The position numbers and the translations under genes are program-made. A DNA stretch of 64,000 bases from assembly GCA_963817245.1 (NCBI GenBank), contig CAWFNQ010000001.1, forward strand, positions 1,916,136-1,980,135, written 5' to 3'. Every line of letters starts with the position of its first letter. The stretch's first letter is position 1. The notes under the pieces were generated by a model, which searched no databases, was not told where the DNA came from, and worked only from the letters and a program-made list of their open reading frames with translations. The stretch is from an uncultured Chloroflexia bacterium (lineage in GTDB: Bacteria > Chloroflexota > Limnocylindria > Limnocylindrales > CSP1-4). Of the stretch, positions 49,938 to 58,003 are shown one piece after another.

Positions 49938-50337
49938 TGGCCCGATTACCTCCTGGATTCGTCGTTCCTCATCGACCATCTTCGCGGGGTCGATGCGGCG
50001 ACGGAACGCTTCCGCGCCATCAACGAGGGCGGGGAGATCGATCCTCGTCTGCGACGTCGCGGCGGCGGAGGTGTGGTCCGGCGGCCGATCCGAGCACCCC
50101 GAGATCGACCGATTCCTTCGATTCATCGAGTTCGTCCAGCCGGGGCCATCGACCTCCAAGCTCGCCGGGACATGGCGGGCCGAAGCGCGCGCAAAGGGAC
50201 GAGCACTCGACATCTCCGGACGCCCTGATCGCCGCAAGCGCCTACCACATGGATGCGGCCGTCCTCACCCGGAACGTCCGCGACTTCGAGCTGACCCCAG
50301 TGCGCGTCGAGACCTACTGACCGATCAGCTGGGGTAG
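49937..50337 (+). pseudogene. vapC: VapC-type PIN-domain toxin, disrupted by about 3 frameshifts
   Basis: PIN segments in three frames: MA|DYLLDSSFLIDHLRGVDAATERFRAINEGGEI, ILVCDVAAAEVWSGGRSEHPEIDRFLRFIEFV..., and DALIAASAYHMDAAVLTRNVRDFELTPVRVETY. The first shift is a CCC/CC homopolymer immediately after the start codon. Confidence 0.55.
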
Positions 50338-51008
50338 TCGCGAACCTCGACGGGCGCCACCCGGCCACCGACGTCGACCGTGCCCGCCGCCGGGTCCGGC
50401 CGGACGTAGAGCTCCGATGCGACGCCCTGACGGATCGTCAGCGGACGTCCGAGCAGCCCGCCCATCAGGACGGCAGCCAGGCCCGTCGCCTCGTCCTCCG
50501 CGATGCCGAAGTCGTTCGCGAAGAAGCGCGAGCGGATCCGGCCGGCGGGCTCGTCGATCCATGCCCACACGTAGGCGCCATGCTCGTTGTCGGCGGCCGG
50601 GGTCAGGGCCTCCACCTCGGCGGGGCTTGCGTACTGGCGGACCTCGACGCCGTGGGCCCACTCGGCGCGGGCCCGGATCCACGTGAGCTCCCCGTCGGCC
50701 CAGGTGCCGACGCTGCCGGCGGGTACCTCGAGCGCGGTCACCGGCGTTCCCTGCCGGCGGAGCAGCCACGACGTCCCGACCGATGGATGCCCCGCGAACG
50801 CCATCTCCACCGCGGGGGTGTAGATCGCGATGCGCGCCCGGTCGCCGTCGACCGCATCGACGAAGACCGTTTCGCTGAATCCGAGCTCGTGCGCCACGGC
50901 GAGACGCCGGTCTCGCGGGAAGACGCCACCTTCGAGGAAGACGCCGAGCGGGTTCCCGCCGCGGCCGTCCGGGCCGAGGAACACGCGGAGGACATGCAGC
51001 TCGGTCAT
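50325..51008 (-). CDS. PhzF-family phenazine-biosynthesis-like isomerase
   Basis: MTELHVLRVFLGPDGRGGNPLGVF ... ELGFSETVFV N-terminal signature of PhzF/YddE proteins. 227 aa. Confidence 0.8.
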   Translation of the reverse strand: MTELHVLRVFLGPDGRGGNPLGVFLEGGVFPRDRRLAVAHELGFSETVFVDAVDGDRARIAIYTPAVEMAFAGHPSVGTSWLLRRQGTPVTALEVPAGSVGTWADGELTWIRARAEWAHGVEVRQYASPAEVEALTPAADNEHGAYVWAWIDEPAGRIRSRFFANDFGIAEDEATGLAAVLMGGLLGRPLTIRQGVASELYVRPDPAAGTVDVGGRVAPVEVRDYPS

Positions 51009-51039
51009 GGTCGGGCCCTCCCTCGTCGCCGCGCAGCGG

Positions 51040-51615
51040 TCACGGTGCCGTCTCGGTGGCGATGATCCGCGCCAGCGCCACCCGCTGGATCGCGACGACG
51101 CTCATCGCATCGCTGATCCGCCCATCGAACGTCATCACGACCGCCTCCGTGAACGGGATCCAGCGGATGCCGAGCGCCTCACTCGGCTCCGGGTCGGCCT
51201 CGCCGTGGGTCAGGCCGGTGGCGAGGTACAGGACGGCGCGCTCGTCGGTGACCGAGTTCGAGAGCTCGACCCGCGCAAGCTCGGTCCAGTGCTCGGCTTC
51301 GAGGCCGGTCTCCTCGCGCAGCTCGCGCTTCGCGCCCAGGAGCGGGTCCTCGCCGGCCGGCACGCCGCCCTCCGGGATCTCCCACGAATAGGCGTCGAGC
51401 GCGTAGCGATGCTGGCCGACGAGGACGATCCGGTCCCGGTCGTCGAGGGCGACGACGCCCGCCGCCAGGTTCGCGAAGTGGACGAGCCCGTAGATCCCGG
51501 GGCTGCCATCGGGCCGCGACACCTCGTCGTGCCAGACGGTGATCCACGGATTCTCGTAGCCGACCGACCGGGAGCGGCGCGTGAATCGGCGGTCGTCGAT
51601 GGGCTCGTCGGGCAT
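51040..51615 (-). CDS. NUDIX hydrolase (ADP-ribose-pyrophosphatase-like)
   Basis: Nudix box GGVPAGEDPLLGAKRELREETGLEAE. Start placed at the internal ATG 51615 (MPDEPIDD). Confidence 0.75.
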   Translation of the reverse strand: MPDEPIDDRRFTRRSRSVGYENPWITVWHDEVSRPDGSPGIYGLVHFANLAAGVVALDDRDRIVLVGQHRYALDAYSWEIPEGGVPAGEDPLLGAKRELREETGLEAEHWTELARVELSNSVTDERAVLYLATGLTHGEADPEPSEALGIRWIPFTEAVVMTFDGRISDAMSVVAIQRVALARIIATETAP

Positions 51616-51683
51616 GCCGTCATCGTCGCATGCGGCGGGCTCGGGCGTGGCTGGGCGAGCAGCGGGTCCTAGACTCGGGCCCG

Positions 51684-53798
51684 ATGACGACCTTGCCGAC
51701 CCCGGCGACGCCGAGACCGCCAACGCCGACGACCGAGCCCGACGACCGCCCTGCGAGCCCGCCGTCGCGGACGCCCGCCGTCGACTGGGACGTCCGCATC
51801 CCGATGCGCGACGGTGTCGAGCTATCGGCGAACATCTGGCGTCCGGCCGACGCCGACGCCGATCGCGTGCCCGCGATCCTCGAGCTCATCCCGTACGGCA
51901 AGGACAACTGGCGACGGAACGCCGACACCGGTCGCGGCGAGTGGTTCGCCGCGCGCGGCTACGCGCTCGTCCGGGTGGACGTCCGTGGGACCGGCTCGTC
52001 CGGCGGGGTGGCGCTCGACGAGTACAGCGAGGCCGAGACCCGCGACGGCGTGGAGGTCGTGGGCTGGCTCGCCGCGCAGCCGTGGTGCACCGGGGCGGTC
52101 GGGATGTGGGGCATCAGCTACGGGGCCTTCACGGCGATCCAGGTCGCCAAGCACCGGCCGCCGGCGCTCAAGGCCATCGCGCCGTTCCAGGGGACCGACG
52201 ACCGGTATCGGACCGACGTGCACCTCATCGGCGGGTGCGTCACGGCCAGTGAGCTCTCGCAATATGCCGTCAGCCAGGTGGCGATGAACGCGATGCCGCC
52301 CGATGCCGCCTTCCGCGGCGAGGCCTGGCTCGACGAGTGGCGCGCGCGGCTCGAGGCGACGCCGCCATGGCTGTTCGAGTGGCTCCGTCACCAGACGGAC
52401 GGCCCGTACTGGCGCCCCGCTTCGTTGGCGCCCGACTACGACGCGATCGAGGCGGCCATCCTCAACGTCGGTGGCTGGTGCGACGCGTATGTCGACGCGG
52501 CCTTCCGGATGCAGGCGAGGTGCAAAGCTCCATCCCGGACGATCGGCGGCAACTGGGTCCACGGGTGGCCGCACGACTCCCCGCCGGGCCCGAACCTCGA
52601 CGAGCTCCACGAGGTCGTCCGGTTCTTCGATCGCTGGCTCAAAGGAGAGCCGAACGGCGCCGACCGCGAACCGGCACTCGTCTGGTTCGAACGGGACTAC
52701 GCCGAGCCGGAGCCATTCCCGGTGTCGTGGCCCGGGCGCTGGCGGGCGGCATCGACCTACCCGCACCCCGCGGCCCAGGATGCGTCGTGGATGTTCGACG
52801 GTGGCCGGCAGCCTCTGATCGGGCATCTCATTCGCGGAGGGCGCTGTATCGGCCGCGGTGTCGACCGCTATCGGCACCGACCCACGGTCGGCACCCGCGG
52901 GTCACTGTCATGGGGGGCCGGCGGCGAGCCGAACGGTCTCGCCCGGGACCTCCGGCCGGACGAGAGCCTCGGCCCGACGTTCACGACCGAACCCCTCGCG
53001 TCACCCGTGTCGGTGCTCGGGGAACCCGTCGTCGTGCTCCATGTCGCGGTCGACGCGCCGGTCGCGACCGCGGTCGCGCGGCTGTCCGACGTCGCGCCCG
53101 ACGGGACATCGGCCTGGGTGAGCAGCGGCATCCTGAACCTGACCCATCGCCGGTCGGACACCGACCCCGAGCCACTCGTCCCCGGGCGGGTCGAGGAGGT
53201 GCGGGTCCCCCTGCGCCACGCCGGCTATCGATTCGCGCCCGGGCACCGGATCCGCGTGTCCGTGGCGTCGTCGGCATGGCCGGTCGTCTGGCCGTCGCCC
53301 TACGCGGCCACCTTCGAGCTGCACCACGGACCGGCGACGCCGTCACGGCTCATCCTCCCGGTCGTCCCCGAGGCCGGCGGACCGGGCGACGTGCCCGTCC
53401 CCGCGTTCAAGACGTCACCCCCGGACGTTCGCGCGGTCGGTGGGGAGGGTGCCGCGGACGAACCGCGGTGGCGGATCGAGGAGGACGTCATCGCTGGCAC
53501 GACGACGGTCACGATCCACGACGGCGGCGAGGACGTCCTCGAGGACGGCCGGCGGCTGTACGCGGCCGAGACCCTCCGCCTGACCGCGTCCGATCGCGAT
53601 CCGGCCACGGCGACGATGGACGCGCGGGTGGTCTATCGGTGGACCGACGGCGGCCGGGCGATCGAGATCCACGCCGACAGCCTCCAGACGAGCGACGTCG
53701 AGGCCTTCGACCTGACGGTCGAGCTCACGGTCGACCTCGACGGCGAGCGCTTCTTCGAGCGCACCTGGCATGAACGCATCCCGCGCCATCTCGTCTGA
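51684..53798 (+). CDS. CocE/NonD-family (peptidase S15, X-Pro dipeptidyl-peptidase-like) alpha/beta hydrolase
   Basis: N-terminal catalytic domain with nucleophile elbow GMWGISYGAF and a C-terminal beta-sandwich domain. Start likely MTTLPTPA (51684) within the track ORF. Confidence 0.8.
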   Translation: MTTLPTPATPRPPTPTTEPDDRPASPPSRTPAVDWDVRIPMRDGVELSANIWRPADADADRVPAILELIPYGKDNWRRNADTGRGEWFAARGYALVRVDVRGTGSSGGVALDEYSEAETRDGVEVVGWLAAQPWCTGAVGMWGISYGAFTAIQVAKHRPPALKAIAPFQGTDDRYRTDVHLIGGCVTASELSQYAVSQVAMNAMPPDAAFRGEAWLDEWRARLEATPPWLFEWLRHQTDGPYWRPASLAPDYDAIEAAILNVGGWCDAYVDAAFRMQARCKAPSRTIGGNWVHGWPHDSPPGPNLDELHEVVRFFDRWLKGEPNGADREPALVWFERDYAEPEPFPVSWPGRWRAASTYPHPAAQDASWMFDGGRQPLIGHLIRGGRCIGRGVDRYRHRPTVGTRGSLSWGAGGEPNGLARDLRPDESLGPTFTTEPLASPVSVLGEPVVVLHVAVDAPVATAVARLSDVAPDGTSAWVSSGILNLTHRRSDTDPEPLVPGRVEEVRVPLRHAGYRFAPGHRIRVSVASSAWPVVWPSPYAATFELHHGPATPSRLILPVVPEAGGPGDVPVPAFKTSPPDVRAVGGEGAADEPRWRIEEDVIAGTTTVTIHDGGEDVLEDGRRLYAAETLRLTASDRDPATATMDARVVYRWTDGGRAIEIHADSLQTSDVEAFDLTVELTVDLDGERFFERTWHERIPRHLV

Positions 53799-53823
53799 GC
53801 GTCTTCGGTCCGGCAGGTGGCCG

Positions 53824-54249
53824 ATGGTCGCGGCTGCGCTGCTCGCGACGGCCATGTTCGGGGCGTGCCTGCCCGATGTCGCCGGTGGGCCTGGTGCTAC
53901 GCCCGATCTCCACGTCGCCAACGGCACGGCGCTCCCGATCACGCTCGTCATCAACGGCACGGTATTCGATCACGTCGCCGAGCTGGGCTCCGCCGACTAT
54001 CCCGCCGCCGATCTTCCGGCGTTGCCTTGGCGGATCGAGGCGCGGTCGCCGTCGGGCCGTCTCCTGACCTCGGTGGACGTCGCCCCGGGCCAGGTCCGCG
54101 AGACGCACTGGCCGGACGGGCGGTCCGAGTACAGTGGCGCGCTCGGCCGCGTCGATCTCTCATGCGGCCGCCTGAGCATCTGGGCCGGAGACCTCACGCC
54201 GTCCGGGCCCATGCCCGGTCCCGGCCAACCCGGCGACTGCGCGCCGTAG
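53824..54249 (+). CDS. Hypothetical lipoprotein
   Basis: Signal peptide with lipobox MVAAALLATAMFGAC. 141 aa, no recognisable domain. Confidence 0.45.
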   Translation: MVAAALLATAMFGACLPDVAGGPGATPDLHVANGTALPITLVINGTVFDHVAELGSADYPAADLPALPWRIEARSPSGRLLTSVDVAPGQVRETHWPDGRSEYSGALGRVDLSCGRLSIWAGDLTPSGPMPGPGQPGDCAP

Positions 54250-54259
54250 ACTGCGCGCC

Positions 54260-55433
54260 ATGACGCACGCGCGGATCTCGAGGAAGGCGGCGAGCTTCAC
54301 CGAGTCGGTCATCCGCGAGATGAACCGGCAGGCGATGCTGCACGGCGCCGTCAGCCTGGCGCAGGGGTTCCCGGACTTCCCGTGCCCGACCGAGCTGAAG
54401 GACGCCGCGTCCGTCGCGCTCCACGACGACATCAACCAGTACGCGATCACGTGGGGTGCGAAGACGCTGCGCGATGCGATCGCGACCTCGACCGTCGAGC
54501 ACTTCCCGGGCTGGGCGCCCATCGACCCCGAGACGATGGTGACCGTCACCTGCGGCGCGACAGAGGCGATGGTCGCCGCGATGCTCGGGCTGCTCGATCC
54601 CGGCGACGAGGTCGTCGTGTTCGAGCCCTATTACGAGAACTACGGGCCCGACGCCATCCTGTCGGGCGCCGTCCCGCGCTACGTGACCCTCCACGAGCCG
54701 GACTGGTCGATCGACCCCGACGAGCTGCGCGCCGCCTTCGGACCGCGCACGCGCGGGATCGTCCTGAACTCCCCGCACAACCCGACGGGCAAGGTGTTCA
54801 CGCGCGACGGAGCTCGAGCTCATCGCGGGCCTGTGCGTCGAATTCGACGCCATCGCGTTCACCGATGACATCTACGAGCACATCGTCTTCGAGGGCGAGC
54901 ACATCCCGCTCGCGACACTCCCTGGGATGGCCGAGCGGACCGTGTCCATCCACTCGATGTCGAAGTCGTACTCGGTGACCGGCTGGCGGATCGGCTGGAC
55001 GATCGCGGCCCCCGACCTGACCGTCGGGATCCGCCGCGTCCACGACTTCCTGACGGTCGGCGCCGCGGCCCCGCTCCAGGCCGCCGCCGTCGTCGCGCTG
55101 CGGTTCCCGCCGGCCTACTACGACGACCTGGTCGCGGGCTACCGGGCGCGCCGTGACCTGCTGCTCCCGGTGTTGCGCGAGGCCGGCTTCCGCGTGTCGG
55201 ACCCGGCTGGCGCCTACTACGTCATGACCGACATCCGCGACCTCACCGACGAGGATGACGTCACGTTCGCCATGCGCCTGATCAAGGATCCCGGCGTCGC
55301 CGCCGTGCCGGGCTCGTCGTTCTTCTCGCACCCGGCACTCGGCCGCACGAAGCTGCGGTTCGCCTTCCCGAAGCGGATCGAGACCCTGCAGGCGGCCGCC
55401 GAACGCCTGTCGACGATCGCCGCTCGGGTCTGA
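54260..55433 (+). CDS. Class I/II PLP-dependent aminotransferase with an apparent +1 frameshift near 54806-54812
   Basis: The two track ORFs join as ...HNPTGKVFTRD|ELELIAGLCVEFDAIAFTDDIYEHIVFEGEHIPLATLPGMAERTVSIHSMSKSYSVTGWRIGW (PLP-lysine motif SKSY..GWR) if one G is removed from GACGGAGCTC. Confidence 0.8.
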
Positions 55434-55448
55434 TCCGGCCGACGCGGG

Positions 55449-56966
55449 CTAGGCGGCGGTCACCCGCCGGACGGCATCGGCGATCGCGCGACGCGCGTCG
55501 CTCGCGTCGAGGCGGGCGAGCGGGTCCGGCTCGATCCGGTGCTCGGCCATCGCGCCGCCCTTGCGCGTGAAGAGGATCGGGTAGATCGCGCCGGTGCCGT
55601 CGGCCTCGAGCGTCGCGGCGACTCCATCCGCCCCGCCGGCATCGAGGATGTGTGAGAGCGGCTGGATGCCCTCGTCGCGGAACCCGCCGGCCGGGTCGAC
55701 GGTGAGCAGCCGGGCGAGGTACCCACGCTGATGGAAGACGTCCGGGCCTTCGGCGAGCTCGGTCAGGAGCCGGTCGGTGACGTCCTTCGGCGCGATCGAT
55801 GGCCGCGCCACCTCGACCCCGAACCGCGTCTCGGCGAGGTAGCGCGCCAGCACCCGGGCGTTGTACCGCGCGCCGTGCACGGCCCCGGAGTTCGCCGGCA
55901 GGCCGTGGCGCTGGAGTCCCTTCGCGGCTTGACTCAGCGTCCCGGCGACGAAGATCCCGGGCACGGTCGTGCTCTCCCACCAGGGCGTGACGACCGGCAG
56001 CCGGCTGGCCCCGAAGGTCGTCACGCCGAGATCCGGCAGGTCGCCGAGCGGGGCGACGAAACCCGTCGCGGAGATGACGTCATCGACGCTGACCATGAGG
56101 TCGCCGGCGCCGTCGGTCCGGCGTAGGTAGACGTCGAGCTGCCCGTCCCCGACTCGCTCGACCCGGTCGATCGCCGCGTCGAGGATCGAGACCCCGCCAC
56201 CCAGGACGTGGTCCTCGTACGGCTGGACGTAGCGGGCGCGCACGCCGACCAGCGACTTCGTGTCGACCGAGAGCTTGGCGTGCGACGGCGACACGAGCAC
56301 GAGCTGGCGCGCCCACGCCAGGAGGCCGTTGGCCAGCTCGAAGCCCGAGTTCTGCTTGCCGATGATCAGCACGCGCCGTCCCGCATACGTCTCGGCCGGC
56401 CGGACGTCGGCGTAATGATAGGCATGCTCCATGCCCGGTCCCGGCGGCGTGTACGGCTCGGCGACGCCGACCGCGAGGATGAGCGTCGGTGTGGTGTAGG
56501 TCCCGTCGGGGGTCTCGATGGCGAACCGGTCGGCGCCGTCGGGACCATCGAGCAGCCGGGTCCCGGTCCACGGGGTGTCGTACCGGACCTGGAGCGCGGC
56601 ACGCTCGGCGAACGTCGCGAGGTTCGCCTCCATCTCCGGGCGGGACGGGAAGTACGAGCTGCCGTCCATGAGGGTCGGGGCGATCGCGCACGTCTCGGGT
56701 TCCTCGCCGAGCAGGCTGTTCCAGTCGTAGCGCTCGTAGGCCGGCGTGCCTCGCTCGGCCGAGGCGTACGGTTTGGTCCACGACAGGAGCCGCTGGAAGA
56801 ACGGCCAGCGGCGGAACATGCCGCCCGGCGATGGATCGGCCGACAGGACCGCGTGCGGGACGCCGTATGTCCGCAGCGAGTAGGAGACCTGGAGCCCGCC
56901 CGGACCGCTCCCGATGACGATCGCCGGATAGGAGCCGGGCGGGAACGGGCGGGTCAGCTCCGCCAT
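55449..56966 (-). CDS. FAD/NAD(P)-binding flavoprotein monooxygenase-like oxidoreductase
   Basis: Two Rossmann dinucleotide motifs (IVIGSGPGG and VLIIGKQNSGFE) in the spacing typical of flavin-containing monooxygenase / CzcO-like proteins. Confidence 0.7.
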   Translation of the reverse strand: MAELTRPFPPGSYPAIVIGSGPGGLQVSYSLRTYGVPHAVLSADPSPGGMFRRWPFFQRLLSWTKPYASAERGTPAYERYDWNSLLGEEPETCAIAPTLMDGSSYFPSRPEMEANLATFAERAALQVRYDTPWTGTRLLDGPDGADRFAIETPDGTYTTPTLILAVGVAEPYTPPGPGMEHAYHYADVRPAETYAGRRVLIIGKQNSGFELANGLLAWARQLVLVSPSHAKLSVDTKSLVGVRARYVQPYEDHVLGGGVSILDAAIDRVERVGDGQLDVYLRRTDGAGDLMVSVDDVISATGFVAPLGDLPDLGVTTFGASRLPVVTPWWESTTVPGIFVAGTLSQAAKGLQRHGLPANSGAVHGARYNARVLARYLAETRFGVEVARPSIAPKDVTDRLLTELAEGPDVFHQRGYLARLLTVDPAGGFRDEGIQPLSHILDAGGADGVAATLEADGTGAIYPILFTRKGGAMAEHRIEPDPLARLDASDARRAIADAVRRVTAA

Positions 56967-57376
56967 CGGTTCGCGGCTCGCAGCCGGCGTGCCTGCGCCT
57001 GGAGCATCCGGTACATGACCCGCGGGTGGGCGATGAGGAACGACTCGACCACTGGCCCCGCCAGGACGAGGCAGCGCATCGGCCGGGTGGCGACCACGTC
57101 GGCGATGGGCGTCTCCCCGAGCAGGATCGAGACCTCCCCGAAGAAGTCGCCGCGCGACAGGCGAGCGCGCTCCGTCCCGTCGACGATGATCGCCGCCTCG
57201 CCATCGAGGATCACGAAGAATCCGGAGCCGCTCAGCCCCTGGCGGAGGATCCGCTCGCCCTCGTTGAAGACCGCCTCGTCGAAGGTGTGGACGATGCCCT
57301 CGAGCTGCGGCGTCGTCAGGTCCGCGAACAGCGCGAACCCGGCGATCGCGTCGATGAGCTCCTCACGGCCTGCCAT
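56954..57376 (-). CDS. Cyclic-nucleotide-binding-domain-only protein
   Basis: cNMP-binding fold GERILRQGLSGSGFFVILDGEAAI ... LSRGDFFGEVSILLGETPIADVVA (FGE..L phosphate-binding cassette). 140 aa; start at the internal ATG 57376. Confidence 0.7.
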   Translation of the reverse strand: MAGREELIDAIAGFALFADLTTPQLEGIVHTFDEAVFNEGERILRQGLSGSGFFVILDGEAAIIVDGTERARLSRGDFFGEVSILLGETPIADVVATRPMRCLVLAGPVVESFLIAHPRVMYRMLQAQARRLRAANRWRS

Positions 57377-57544
57377 GCGTCGACCTCGTTCGCGCCCGGG
57401 ATCCGACCATCCGATGTGCCGCTCGCATCGTGCCACGTCGCCGCTCTGCGTGGGTCGCCATCGCGCCGCCCGTCGTGCCGCCGATCCCACCGGCCATCGC
57501 GCCGCGGCGGGCTCGGTTGACGCCCGCCGTCGGGGCGGCGCAGC

Positions 57545-58003
57545 ATGACGGTCCAGCCACCCGCGGAGGCACGGATGACCCTGACCAGCGACCGGCGCGT
57601 CGAGCTGCTTTCGGCCACGCCGCTGTTCGCCGAGGTGGACGAGGCAGGGATGACCCGGATCGCCGAGCGAGCGGTCGAGGTCGCCTTCGACAACGGCCAC
57701 GTCATCGCCCGCCAGGGTGACATCGGGACGGGCTTCTTCGTCGTCGTCACGGGGGCCGTCCGGATCGTCCGCGACGGCGCCGACATCGCCCACCTCGGTC
57801 CCGGCGAGTTCTTCGGGGAGCTGTCGGTCCTCGATGGGCTGCCGCGGACCGCCCAGGTCATCGCCGTCGGCCCGACGACGTGCCTCGCCCTCGCGACGTG
57901 GGACTTCGAGGCGGTCGTCGCCGAGCAACCGTCGGTGGCGTTGGCCGTCATGCGCGGGCTCGCGCGCCGGCTGCGCGAGCTGACCGAAGGACACCGGCAC
58001 TGA
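57545..58003 (+). CDS. Cyclic-nucleotide-binding-domain-only protein (second copy, divergent)
   Basis: GHVIARQGDIGTGFFVVVTGAVRI ... LGPGEFFGELSVLDGLPRTAQVIA. May start at the second ATG (MTLTSDRR). Confidence 0.7.
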   Translation: MTVQPPAEARMTLTSDRRVELLSATPLFAEVDEAGMTRIAERAVEVAFDNGHVIARQGDIGTGFFVVVTGAVRIVRDGADIAHLGPGEFFGELSVLDGLPRTAQVIAVGPTTCLALATWDFEAVVAEQPSVALAVMRGLARRLRELTEGHRH

